A DNA stretch of 62,930 nt, counting the filler, from Choristocarpus tenellus KU-1152 (lineage: Eukaryota; Protista; Phaeophyceae), in the NCBI GenBank assembly GCA_964200185.2. It is 6 parts of 6 records of this genome, joined end to end, with 100 filler letters (N's around TTAATTAATTAA, not from the genome) between each part and the next. Parts side by side here need not be neighbours in the genome. Positions count along the whole stretch, not along the records: positions 49,082 to 59,522 come from CAXNAD020002929.1; positions 59,623 to 62,930 come from CAXNAD020020897.1; 4 more parts are not named here. One strand, 5' to 3'. Position 1 is the stretch's first letter. Every line of letters starts with the position of its first letter. Position numbers and translations under genes: made by a program. Below the pieces are notes generated by a model. The model searched no databases and was not told the origin of the DNA. It was given only the letters and a program-made list of their open reading frames with translations. This document shows, in pieces, positions 49,840 through 62,840 of the stretch.

Positions 49840-52800
49840 CAGAGGCGAAAAATGTGTACATGGATGGAGGAAGTGAAGAGGGCATTGATGAAGAGGGTTT
49901 GGATGAGGATGAGGCGGCACGTGAAGAATTTCTGAAGGCGTTTGCACCTGATGCTGAGGAGGGAGGAGAGGAGGATGCCGACCCTGACAGGTGAGATAGA
50001 AGGTATTGAATGAAAGAGAGATTTACGGAGTTTTGTTTTCCAGATTAGCGAAGAGTTTATGTGTAAATATTTGGTTGCGTTACGATCTATTCCTTTTTTG
50101 GTTTTGTTGTGATATAATATTCCAAGTAACTGTAATATTGCTATTTTGTTTTTGCAATCATTGTGGACTTTTTTCCATGATTGCGTACATTGTACTTTGT
50201 TGGCTCACTATTCTACAGGTGTGGAAAAGTGAGAAGCATGGCACTGCATTTATGGCCATGATTCTAGTGGTTAAGGTGGACAGTTGATTTAATATTAGTA
50301 ATCAAGTAGGTTGTTCTCATTAGTCCATCATCTTCCCAAAAATAAATTACTCCTCAAGTTTGGGAGGTCGAGTGAGGCATCATGGTTCCAATCAATCCAC
50401 ACCTAGATGAAAATCGAGGAGATGAACGTTCTTGCATATGCGGCTCTACTAGGCTCAACCCTTCTTTTTTGGAGTACAAGGATGTTTTTATTGATTGTTG
50501 GGGAGGAGGGGGAGGGATTGTATTTGAATAGAAAAATGTTTAAAAGTTTGGACTGTTGTTGTACTACTAGGGTTAGGGTTAGGGTTAGGGTTAGGTTGTA
50601 TGAAATTTGGAAAATGTTACTTCATGTCTTGAGCGACACAAATGATGGGACTATATCTTTAAAGCTGTCTTTGATTTTTCATATGTTTAATTTTACTCTT
50701 ATTGTATGGAAACTGTGGGATTTTTTTGCTGAGTCACTAGAAAATCCAATTCTAGACCTTTTTCAGCACTTGAATTTCTATCCCCAGAGCTTGTTCCTTG
50801 GACTGTGCTACATTTGAATGTCTTTTCCGTTCCCTGAACTATCCAAACACTTCTGAAAACATTAACTGATTATTGTGCTGTTATTTGTTTTCAAGATTGT
50901 GATGTTTAGTATTGTTCCTTTTTGTTCACTTCCCTATATAGTAGTATTATTCAAGGTCAGTGATATTTTGCAGATAATGAATATTATGTTGTCTTGGTGG
51001 AGACTGAAGCACACATTGACTGCAACAACAGAGCTTGTATCACTTACAACAAAGGTGACCATGTAAAACTGCCACAATAGTACTGCATAGTGCTATAACA
51101 TCATTACGGTTTTAAGGATTGTGTTTTATGATATATTACATGTGGAAATATTTGGAGCATTGGGAGTTGAGGGCAGACACAGACACAGACCCCACCCTTG
51201 ATACGGCGAATGCTGATGTTTTACCCTAGCCCTTAAGGGTCATTGCCTATCCTCTGCACTACCTTGTGATCATAGGTCTGACCCCCTTAGACTAAAGTCA
51301 TGTTTGAAGTAGGTATTAGAAACGTATGTTTATTCTTCTGGGCAAATATTTCGTCCCCTTTTCCACCACTCAGCAACGTTTTGTTGTCAGCTAATGAAAA
51401 TGGTAACATTTTATTCTGTTACCCAATACATGAAAAACATTTTTTTAAGCATGTTTTTTACCTTTTGGTGACAAAAAAAAAAGTATACTTTTGCTTGACA
51501 GCGTTCTTGTGATTGTTCACTTTTGTCTCGGGACTGTCCCGACCCGAGGTCTCACACAGGCACTACACATCGCATGACTTCTCACACACTTACAGCTGTA
51601 ACTGGTGCACTATTAATACAACTAATTGTGGTTCTTCCCCTTGTGCCCCGTGTTTCACTCGTTGGGTTCATCCATCCCAGCACTCATTGCTTAACCTCCT
51701 CCCTCAATTCTTGCAGTGGACACCCCTCAGTTTTGCTGATCAATGAAGTCTTGCTGCATCTTTCTTGGTCTGTTCTTCTTTTGTGGCGTATCGATGGATA
51801 GTACAGTACTGTGTACAGTCTGTAGTTGTTGCCATTTGGAGCTGGATGGTCGAAACCATATTTCCGCGAGGAGAACGTCTGGTGTTCAGTGGGGTCCGAA
51901 CCCCGCGAAAATTTGTGCAGGGAACAGTCTCCTTTTGCCACTGGTCAATGAGGATGTTAAAGACATTGCTAACACTAACTTGATGGTGGTGTGCTGTGCA
52001 CATGTGTTCAACCCAGCGCTCATTAGTTGGTTGCTTTCAAGAACTGTACGCTGAACCCAAGCCCCTTGAACAGATTGCTATGGGAGGTGGAGGCCTCGTT
52101 GAATGAAGGAGCGCTGACGTTGGTGAGCAGTGGTCGTCCTTGCTTGCGCATGATTTGGGACATGTATGCAGAAATCAAAAAGAAGAAGGATGCTTGGAGA
52201 CTGGAGTTGGGCTTCGGCGCACTGCAGGTTGGGGTTGGGATGAGGGTTAGGGCTGTGGTCAGAACTAAATGTACATTATTTCATGCGTTGTAGTGTGCTG
52301 GAGGCTAGGGTTAGGGCTACTTTTAGTTGTAGTGTTAAGGGTTTCTGTTACAGGGTGGTTCATGTGCATAGTATCTTTCAGGTTGTTTAGAAGAATACCT
52401 GTATCGGGGGGTAACAAATGCTGCTGTTGACATCAGTGTCAGCAGTATTCCTGAGGATATGATGCTGTACTATAGTACTGCTATTTGATGTCCTGACTTG
52501 CGATTCGAACAACTCAATGATGGTACAAAGAAAGCAATGATGCAATGTTTGTCCATGTTATACGGCGGGATTCCACTCTATTGATATTACAGGTGTTTCA
52601 CCTGCTCCCAGATGGGGGAGGACGCCCCATCACCCTCCTCACTAGGAAGACCTTCAAGTCGCACGTTGACTCCACCACCTCTAGTGTTAAGAAATCCAAC
52701 CATGCCGAAAGCAATGCCTTTGGTATGGAGGACATGATCAGAATCGGAGATTTCCAGGTGAAGGGTTGGGGGTTGCAAGGTTGGGGTTAAGGTTTGATGT

Positions 52801-55800
52801 GGGGCATAAACATATACCTAAACCTAACCCTAGCCCTTAATCGAAGGTTGTGGCATAAGTTGTAGGTTTTGGGAGGTTGAACGTTTAAGATATGACTAGG
52901 TTTGTAGCCCTAATGCCAACCGTAACCCTGCGAGTTTCTATACTTCTACAGTTATGGAAAGTTTCTCTGCAAATGTCTCTGTGATGTGAAAGAAATATTA
53001 TGAAGCATGTAATAAGTCTGGGCTTGTTTTTTTTGTATCAGTGGGTGATTTTTTTGAGGAGGGGCCTGCTTTGGAGTTTGTAACAGTGTGTGACATACGT
53101 TGCGTGCGTTTAATGTGGGGGGGGGGGGGATGAAGAGAAGATTTGCCATAGATGCATTGCAATTTTTTGTTGTTGACTGGCCAGTTATCCAATAGTAGGC
53201 AGAATATTTTTTTGTTTCTCACAACCCAATCATCATCTCTCAGTCAGAACTACACATTATTTATACACGCAGAAGAAAATTGATTACACTAACCCCTTAC
53301 ACGCCCATGCTCATGCATGAACCTTATTTGTTGCGTGACTAATTGTAACAAGGGTATATCCTTTTCTCAACACAATATAAGCAGTTGTGTCACCAGTACT
53401 CATTGTCATTACAATCTTGAAATGCCCTCTCAAGGTTTGGAAGAGTGGGGGGATGGTCGTCAACTACAGGGAGGGAGAACAAGTCATCACGAGCACCGCA
53501 GGAGGAAGCAATAGCAATTTGTCATCCCCTGCAGACAAATCTGCTGATATCCTACCTGCAAGCGGAGGGGGTCAGGGTGGGGATGGGTTAAGGGGATCAG
53601 AGATATCTGTCGAGGTCATGTTTGCACCACATGAGCTTGTGTACAGTCGTTCCTGTGTAGACCAGGTGAAAGGGCAGCATGAAGTTGTTGCCGATCCCTC
53701 CACCTCCTAACCCTATGTATACTTGTGGGTGTTTTTTTTCTTTTGAAGTGTGCTAAGAATGCAGGCTAGGGGATACAAGGCGGTACGTCAAACCCCAACC
53801 CTATTATTTTCCTCCAATAAAATAGGCTGATCTTAGTATTGAGCCAGTTTAGATACATTCAGCATGGTGCATACCTGGAGTTAGGGATGGTCTCTGCTCC
53901 ACTATTGATGTATAGGGTAGATTTGGTTTTGGATTTGCACATGGATTGCTTTGGTCCTACCTTTGAGGATCTTTCTTGTTTTCACATGATTTTCGTGGGG
54001 AATTACTCTAGCCGTATCACTTTAGCCTCATCTCAGCCCTAGTCCTAACAATTTTTGTGCTATTACCTAGCTGTCAACTAGTAGCTCCACCTTGGACCTT
54101 CATCCTAAATCAAATCATCCCTGATGCGTCAGTGATGGCCCTAACCCTAACCTTGTGTACACATACAGATGTATTGATAACTCCCTATCTATCTTTATCT
54201 CTATATACATTTCACTACAATATTGAGGCAGGTTCGCAGCATGTTTGACACAACTGATATGCGGCTCCTCAGACACGCAGCTCAGACCCGCATACAACGC
54301 CTGCAGCGAGTCACTCGCTCATCACTAATACATGCTCTCACCGGCAGGCAAAAAGTACAGGTGAGGATGAAATTCGTTTTTCTGCGCTAGGGATAGGGTT
54401 TGTGTTTATGGCCAAGGTTAGATTGGGTATTTGGTCGGTACTGGGGCACAAAAGCCAAGATACACCTCCAGTAGCCCCTTGACCACCCTTGGAAGCTTTG
54501 ATTTCTGCTGAGGGGATGTTAAGAGTAGGACTTGGTATACAGCATGCTTATACTTGTGATTGTGCTGTTTTGTGGTATACCTTGTGTTGTCTGCTGTTGC
54601 TCAAGAGGGGCTTGATTATTGGGTAGCCCGTGAACATTGGGTGTCACGATGTCCTGCCAGTGCCATGCTATGGGCATTCTTTTACCTAATAGTTCATTCA
54701 GTCTCGTGTTTGATGTTCTTGTTTTGGTCGCTGTCATTGAAGATAGTGGTCTAAGCTATTATTTGGGGCTATAGTGTTTACGAGTGTGACTTTCCTTGTG
54801 TTTTCCTTTTGTTACTCTTCAGCTTTCAGCCCTGTTCTTGGTCTGTTCTTGTGTTGAATCTCAGTAAGGTCTTGAAGTATTTTTGCTTTTGCTGAGTTAG
54901 TTGTACTAATACTTGTTCACTGTGTTGATGCTTGATTTAGTGTATCTCTAGATAGTTAGCTGTGTGGAAACGTGGTTTTTCTATCGCTGTATTATTTTCT
55001 GCAGAGTAGCGATATATGGTACCATGTATCGTCAAATTGTTTACTTTGTCATGGGTGGGTTTGTTGCATCATTAGTTTTGTCGTTGGATTATTGCATGAT
55101 AACTGTAACAATACTAGGCTTGTTATATGGAAGGAATTTCTAGGCCTGCTGTTCCACTATCTGGTTGATGGTGTCAACACTGTGTTTATCGTTGTTATAG
55201 TGTTAATGACAAGAATGATACGATGAACCCAGTTTGCGGATATGGTATCTCACTTAGAATGTATCCTCTAACAGTTTTTGGGAGTCCTTGCACTTTTTTT
55301 TTTAATGTACACTTTATCTCCATTTCAATGACCGATTGGTGTTGAGTGTGGCAATCACAGGTTTTTGCCCAACTTTCTGGTAACCACTGGTCAAACCCTA
55401 TTCCTGAAAACAAATTTGCTATTGTGTTGAACGAATGCCCCATGTGCTGCCTGTATTAGTAATCTGATTCCTTCTAGCTCATGTGCAGGGCATTTTTAGG
55501 CTCATGAGATTGAGACCAACACCCTCCATAAATGGATGGCGACTACTTTCACAAAGTTTGAGAGGTGCAAGTAACAAATGCATCCTGTCCTGTTCATCGC
55601 ATGGGTAGATATTGATTCCAAATGCAACTCTAACCTTGGCTGACCCCCTTTTTTTTATGTATTTTAGGTTTCGGCGGATATCTATGCTCCATCGCTGATG
55701 CTCGCTGACAATCTCCAGGTTGGTTATTTTGTTGTTACTATCATAAGCAAAGCAAGAGGAAAGTTGTTTACAAATACATACTTTGTTCTTTTTTTTTTCT

Positions 55801-58800
55801 TGTTGAAAGGGTTAGAATTGGAAATAGTGCTTGGATCTTTTTATTGCCATTCTGCTGCAGTACATCAATTTCCTATAAATTTTATTGTTCTAGAGTGGTA
55901 GCGAGGGAAATGGGAAAGTACAGCATTAAGCAAAGAAATATGTGATTTTTTTTAATGTAATAATTTGTTGGATACATTTTTGTATGTTTCTTCCTCCATT
56001 CTGGGGCTGTGAAGAAAATTTGAAATTGTTCAGTGTTGCAAAACTAATGAATTTGTAAGTGTATGTTAAAAACTAGTACAACTCGAAGACTTTTGATATA
56101 CCGGTTGGATTCAAGTGTGTGAGCAGCGCACAGAGTGCAGAGTGCGAAATGCCGAAGGAAATACTAGGTAAGTACACAATGTAGGTACATGTGAGAAAAT
56201 AATTTGCTGATGAAAGGTTTTTCTATTTTGATGTCTATTTTTCTTTTGTTATTTGTGAAATTGTGGCAATGTGATTGAACCCGCAGAAGTTGGTTCACGA
56301 GAAAGAAAAATTATCTTTCCGAGAAAATTATTTCGATTCTTTTTCTTCCCTGCAGCACTTCTTTCTCGATTTGAATTTGGAGAAGTATATGGTTTCTTGA
56401 ACAAGATAGAGTTGCCTCTAACCATTTTTTTTCGTTGTTTTTTTGGCCGCAATGCGAGGCAAGATTTTCGTTTTGTTTGATGCTTGGAAGATGTCAATTC
56501 TCAGAACCACGACGGAATTCAGTGTCAATCACAGAGTTGAGCTTAGTGCATTTATTTGGAGGGAGATCGCAGAAAGTTTGAATCTGTTTTATTTGTATGA
56601 TCTTGTGCTCATGACAGATCCCTTGACTGTTTTTTCATGAATGTTTGGCAATCATGTATGTGTGATTCATGTTCTGATTGCATCTATTTGTTAGTATCGT
56701 AAGATACACACCCACACTTACACCCCTTACCTCAGCAACAAATTTTGTTTCTCTTTTTGATTCCATTTTCTTCCCTTACAACAACCACTTTTTAACATCA
56801 ACCCCCCTACAGGATCCTTCCAAGGGTAGCCTGTTACTAGTTGACCTTGGTCTAATATCCTTTGGCAAGGATAACACACACGCCATCCAAGTTTCACAAA
56901 ACCCTCCTCCTGATCTTGACAAGGAGGATGTTGACAAGTTCATCACCACCCCAGCCCACACCATGACGGATACCAGAGTCACCACCAGAGCGAGCTTCCA
57001 AACAGTCGAAAGAGAGAGTTCTAGTACAGAGGCTGATAATCATGGTGAACTACTCGGCATTGGTGCCATACACCAACCAAACCCCATTACCAAACATCTA
57101 TTGTCTCCAAGCCATTCCTCTAGGTCTGATCATTTTGTCAGTCTTGTGCACAGAATTGGCAATCCTGCTGCAGTTGAGGCGATGGCTCAGGGAGGATCTG
57201 CAGGAGGAGGTGGAACTAGCTGCGGACTCGTGGGAGGACGGTTCACTGAGGATGATTGGGAGTTGAAAGTCACTGGTGTACAGGTTACACATAGGCTTTG
57301 GGTTAGGATTTGATAATGGGTTAGGTTTAGGGTTGAGGATGAGCTTGAGTTATTAGGTGTTGGTTGGGTGTAGTGTTGAGTTGTAGAGATTGAATTTTGG
57401 TACTGTCTGGGCTTTGTTAGAGTTGAGGTTAGGGGGCAGAGGTGGCGAGCCAAAGGGTATCAAGGTTTGTGTCATTTGTAACAGGTGAGGTTTAGGGTTC
57501 AGACTGGGGTTAGGACTTGCTTGAAGATGGGGGTTGGCAAGACAAGGTGAAAGCTATTGTAGGGTTCAATGGTAAAGTAGGTGAGGGTTAGGGCTAGGCC
57601 TACAGTCAAGTGCCTGCCAAACAAGTCTTGCGTTTTCACTACTGCATCCACTTCCCTCTTTTTCCTGCGACTGTCTCTGCAGGTGGTTGTGGTGACCAAT
57701 GCCACAAACATATTTGAAGGAGGGCATAGTGTGGGTGGGGGAAGTAGTCTTCTGGGGGACAAGGCACCTGACAATGAGAGAGCAAGTCACTTCTCAAATG
57801 GTACTGACAAAGAGACTGCTGTGGTGGAGAAGTTTGATTTGTTTATCAAGGTTAGCAGGATACTTTGCAGCAATATTTTCGCCTCTTTCTCACAAGCTAA
57901 CCCTAATTAATCCTAGTCCTCAGTGTAAGGTTGTGAAGAGTCAAAGTATCTTAGAGGGTAGAGCAGCATCCATTTGGGGGCCAAATCAAATGTTGCCATT
58001 TTGATGTAATTTTGGCTAGCGTGTTTGCTAGGAAGTGTCAATATCCTTGTTCCAGACACGCCTTTTCATAACATTACATTTTACCTACTCTGAAAAATTT
58101 CGGAGTATGAAAATGCAATAAAACACCCGTGGGAAGCCAAGTCCCAAATGGACAAACTGGGCAAATCTCCTACCCTCTAAAATACTTTCACTCGAATCTT
58201 CTCACAGATGTTCAGGTTTTTTCTTGAACGGGCTATTCTCAACTCCTAACTTTGCACCATTTTAATCCATACCATGATACTATGATCATGAGTACCTTTT
58301 TCACACAACCTATCCCCAGCTCTGTCCCCAAATTTTTCCCCGAATGTTTAGTTTGGAGTATATAAATGAATCCTCTTGGTCCTGATGGCAAAGTACAAGT
58401 TATTACTTGATACTCCAAACCTTTCCCTCCCTTTCAGCTGTTTTGGTTATATGGTGTAGACGCCTGTCACATCAGATGTCTGTTTTTATGAGTCTGGTTT
58501 TTGCCAGATCTTGGTCACTTGCAACAAACGCCAATAGTCTGGAAGATTTTTTATTATGAATTGTGTTAATGGATGGGTGCTGCAAAACTTGCCTTTATAG
58601 TTTTTTTGTCAAGAGGTACTTCCAAACTGAATGTGGGTATGTGTGCGTGTGTTTTTTTTTTACTTCCTTTGACGTTTTCAAAACTTTTGGTGTACATGAA
58701 GTGGTGGTCAGTGGTCGACTAGCTCTCACAGTTTTGAAGAAAATATTTCCTCCCACACCGCAGTAACACTATCCCTATCTCTTACTGCTGCAGGTACGGA

Positions 58801-58920
58801 CCCGAGCGGATGCAGTAACAAACAAACTTTTGGGTGCAAAGCTGCAGGCAAACCTCCCCCGTCTCAGCTTCAACCTGCACAACTCAGCTTATCTTCTATT
58901 GGCCAGGCTATTTCATGCTG
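49840..58920 (+). CDS. VPS13: VPS13-family lipid transfer protein, internal N-terminal portion (exons ~49840-49990, 52074-52227, 52593-52757, 53435-53665, 54232-54360, 55668-55718, 56813-57283, 57683-57850, 58794-58920)
   Basis: APHELVYS...VRSMF...AAQTRIQRLQRVTRSSLIHAL...DIYAPSLML...LLLVDLGLI...DDWELKVTGVQ...VVEKFDLFI...ANLPRLSFNLHNSAYLLL follows the VPS13 repeating beta-groove pattern; consistent exon phases. Confidence 0.85.
57938..58193 (+). mobile_element. MITE family A, full copy in a VPS13 intron
   Basis: GAGTCAAAGTATCTTAGAGGGTA ... TACCCTCTAAAATACTTTCACTC; GAA duplicated. Confidence 0.92.
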
Positions 58921-59522
58921 GTGAGTGGTAGTCATGTATAGTGAATATGTGCATGCTCTGAATTCAACCGTAGACTTGTCCATAAGGTTTTTGAACTATT
59001 AGATGTGTTCCTTGCAAGAAGTGCTGGATATCTGAATGAATTGGATTAGGGCTAGTATTTGTATGGATTAAATTTCTTTCAAAGTCAACGCACAAAGCAA
59101 CCAAACAACATTTGTTATGGTAGAATGTAACATGTACTAGTACTACATTATATATGAAAGCCTTGATATAGGAAGCACTCCAATTACTACTGTTGGTATT
59201 TTTTCATGGCGCAAGTGACGACTGAATGGATTTATTAGTTCTCTGTATGGTGAACGAGCTAACACATGCAATGTACACAAGTTCTGAATATATTAGATGA
59301 ATGATGTATACATAATTGCCCCAGGAGGCACTCCTCTACTGTTGTTGATACATTATGCGTTCACCTTTTGGTCACTCTATCTGAACATGTGGCCAACTGC
59401 GAAAAACAGATAAGGCGATGTTATGACATAGAAGGACAGGTGCAGAATTTGGGTCAACGTATCTGGGGGGGGGGTGTCAGCGTCCTTTTTTCGATTTTCA
59501 CTTTTTTGGTGTGATTTGGTCG

Positions 59523-59622
59523 NNNNNNNNNNNNNNNNNNNNNNNNNNNNNNNNNNNNNNNNNNNNTTAATTAATTAANNNNNNNNNNNNNNNNNNNNNN
59601 NNNNNNNNNNNNNNNNNNNNNN
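59523..59622. other. Artificial contig linker
   Basis: 44 N + TTAATTAATTAA + 44 N. Confidence 0.98.
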
Positions 59623-60430
59623 TATATAAATGAAAAAGCAAAAAAAAAAAAAAGTAAGGGGGGGGGGGGGGGGAGTGGGGAACTGAAATAATAAAAGAAT
59701 ACATACAAAATAATAAAAAAAGAATGCATGAATAATAATAAGGGCCGCATCTTCGAGATCGAAATGTTGATACCCCACATTTTTTTTTTAGTTTTTTACC
59801 TGAAAAACACCAAACACTGCGTAACAATAATACGTTCAACATGAACCGGCTCTATGCATGCACATGACTGAAGAATCGCCCAACCCGGGGGTAGTACAGG
59901 ATTCATTCATTTCAATGTTGCCCAGGTTACACGGCAATGTGTCCAGCACCTCTGTTGGAAGTCAGTCACTACATTCGAACACAGTTCTGTGTCGCAGTGT
60001 CTGTCGTTTGAAAATACGCTGCAATCATATCACACTGTGTGTGTTTTATCATAAATTAAATTAAATCAAATTAAATTAAATCAAATTAAATTAAATTAAA
60101 CTAAACTAAACTACCGGTGAGGGGATAAGGTTTGCGGGTTAGGGTTAGGGGACTGAGAGTAGGGTTCATTGATGGAAAAATTAAAAATGAGCTGTTGGAA
60201 CAAGGGCTGCGATAGTGTGATGAGATTTGGACTAGTGTTAAGGTTAGAGAGAGCTGAGCATGGGGTTCATAAATCGAAGCATTAAAAAAAAAAGAGTCGA
60301 AATGCTACGAAATAGCTGTGTTGGAACAAGGGCAGCAATATCGTGGTCAAGTTTGGACTAGTGTTAAGGGACAGGGTGATGTTGTAGTGTGCTGTCTGTT
60401 GTTGGTATGTATTCATATGCCCCTCTTCAC

Positions 60431-61013
60431 CTTCGAGTATCTTCCGCCAAGTCCTCCGAGCTTAACGAGACTGTGATCAGCGATGCCAACACCATAGCCA
60501 GGGTCACGGGCTTAAGCACTGCCATGAAGGACTCACATCCATAAACCACATCTGCTAAATCAATGGCTTATTTACGGACAGAAGAGTGCAGCGTTGGTGA
60601 CGGCTGAAAGATATTGCAATTTGTGGTAGGTGATGTGTTTGGATTGTGCGCAACACATAGGTGTGTGTGTGTGTAGGTGTGTGTAGGTGTGTAGGTGTGT
60701 GTGTAGGTGTGTATGCATGCGCATGTGTGCGGACCTGGGTGGATGTCATTGAGACGTCATTCAATTAGGTAACACATGGCTCTATTCTCAAGGTCCAGTC
60801 TGACAAGCTGGTCCAATCCCAACACAAACCATGTGGCAAGAGAATGGCTATGTAACAAAACAAAAGTTAGAAAGGAACTTGACAGAAAGATCGATTTCCC
60901 ACATCATCATTCTCTGTACTCTGCAGCAACTACTGCGCTTCCACTCCAAAAGAGAACGTTTATATCCCTGGTCTCACTTCCTCTGCTCTCTCTGTATGTA
61001 CACACACACACAC

Positions 61014-61057
<44 letters not shown>

Positions 61058-62135
61058 CCTCCATGGAGCAAAAAAATACCTCAACACATGCTCAGGACGG
61101 TTCATGGTACCTTATGGGTGCTTTCATTCAACGTTATATTTTTATTGATACAGCACACATATTTGTTAAGAAACCAAAGCCGAGCGGGGAAAAATGACCA
61201 AGCACGCGTCCATTCCTGACACGCCCAGTGTGCCCCTTGGAAGAGAGGGGGGCGAAGGCACACTGCAGAGGGATGTGACAACCCTCAATCCTCCAATTGG
61301 TATTCAACCCAAATACATATATCAGGCAAAGAACATGTGCTATTTCTGGAGAAGGCATTAGATATCAGCGTGGAAGAGCTGTATATATATGTGGGGCCCA
61401 CTACATACATTTCAACTCCGAACACGTCAACTCCGAAGACCAACACAGCAAATCCACGATAATTCCTCCCTCGACGAGTTCTTGACGGGCACACTTTCAG
61501 CTTAAGATGTACTTTGAGAACCGACCCTAGTACGAGAGCTGACAGAGCGGACTTATCCCGCTGGTGCATCGTTGGCAATGGTTTTAGGATTGTCGCGTTA
61601 TTCAGATTTGCCCTACCTTCCCCAACGATTCAAGGTGATCAAACAAAGAAAGGAGAACCCACTTACAAAGGGTGTGCTCTCTCAGCACTGATCCTACGCC
61701 TGGTTAAGATAGTGATCTCACTCTATAATTTCTTGAATACTAGCACGGAATCAGACACTCGCTCACAATCCAAACAAGCCATAGAAATGCCCCTTCCACC
61801 TGAGATTGACAGATATTCTGTGTCTAAGGGCCAGATGCATCACTTTCTAACATCCGAAGGACCCCCTCAAAATGTCCAATCACTCCAACCAGTATTCGTA
61901 TTCGTAATTCTCATTTTGGCTACGACTGTATCCATCTAAAACAAGATATAGGTTATGTATTGACTCCTTAAGGTTAAGAAGGAGTTAAGAGCAAAAGCTG
62001 AAATTCGTGCTCACCTTCATCTTGGAATCCTTCTTGGACCTCCTCCGAGTTCATGACCCGTGCCTGTTCATATTCATCCATGAAGCCTGCCGAGACCAGG
62101 GGGGTGGCCTCGTCTTCTTCGAGGAGATCGGGCAT
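60431..62135 (-). CDS. Presenilin-family protein, first two exons (62135-62015, 60551-60431), 3'-partial
   Basis: MPDLLEEDEATPLV...FQDE-DVVYGCESFMAVLKPVTLAMVLASLITVSL aligns by eye with presenilin TM1 ([22 protein letters not shown]). Confidence 0.75.
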
Positions 62136-62559
62136 ACGATGTTTTGGGTTGGGATAAGAGTATGAAGGAGGTAAGATGTATGCCACGGAATAGTACCGTG
62201 CATGTCTATCATCAAGACGGGATACTCTCTGTACATGGATCGTATCGCACCATCCTACACGATTACTCGATGTACATCCGATACATGTGTTTTAGGAAAA
62301 GGTGTACCATATGACAGATACATAGTGTAGTCAGAATTAGTTCTTAAGGGTTAGGGCACCTGAAATTAGTTGATCCTCACCTAAATCACTAGCCTACACC
62401 AACTCGGACTCTGTGTGGCATATAAAGTACTGTAGGGTGTAGCTATGACTGAGCAGTAAAGAAGGGATAAGTACTCTGGGCCTAGAGGAAGCAGATGATG
62501 ACCTTCATCCTAACCTACCCTTCCCTTCACGTTTTCGACGTGGGGATCGTCTTGTTAGT

Positions 62560-62840
62560 GTGAGAAATGGATCTGAAGCCTGGGCATGACAAATGCTCAA
62601 CAGCATGCATTGCCATGCCTTCATTGAGGCCCTCCCAAATGTCCTTCCAGAACTCCTTCCCTATGTCACTAAGGTATTGGGGGGTTCACCAGAGTCCTTC
62701 TCTTTCTCCCTTGGGTGGAGGGGGGTTCAGAATTCTACCATCCAGCTCGGGACTCTAATAAGGTGACCCACTACACCCCCTCCTGTTCTGCCTTGCCACC
62801 CTCCAAGACACTCGAGAACATCCAGACTACTTCTGATCCC
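62560..62840 (+). mobile_element. CRE/SLACS-like non-LTR RT fragment (domains 3-4)
   Basis: FIEALPNVLPELLPYV...ILPSSSGL**GDPLHPLLFCLA corresponds to G.QQGDPL.PLLFCLA with CAACAA changed to TAATAA. Confidence 0.75.

Noticed and set aside
51515-51720. Possible solo LTR in a VPS13 intron
   Set aside because: A purine tract and TG..CA ends are suggestive on the minus strand, but there is no second copy, TSD or coding relic.
60190-60370. Imperfect ~55-bp direct repeat pair in a presenilin intron
   Set aside because: A local duplication with no further structure.
32329-62135. Functional cluster of membrane/phosphoinositide genes (phosphoesterase, INPP4, VPS13, presenilin)
   Set aside because: INPP4, VPS13 and presenilin are on different contigs joined artificially.
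62756-62761. TAA TAA at QQ positions as evidence of a variant genetic code
   Set aside because: Host genes end in normal TAA/TGA and use CAA/CAG for Gln; this is C-to-T decay in a dead element.
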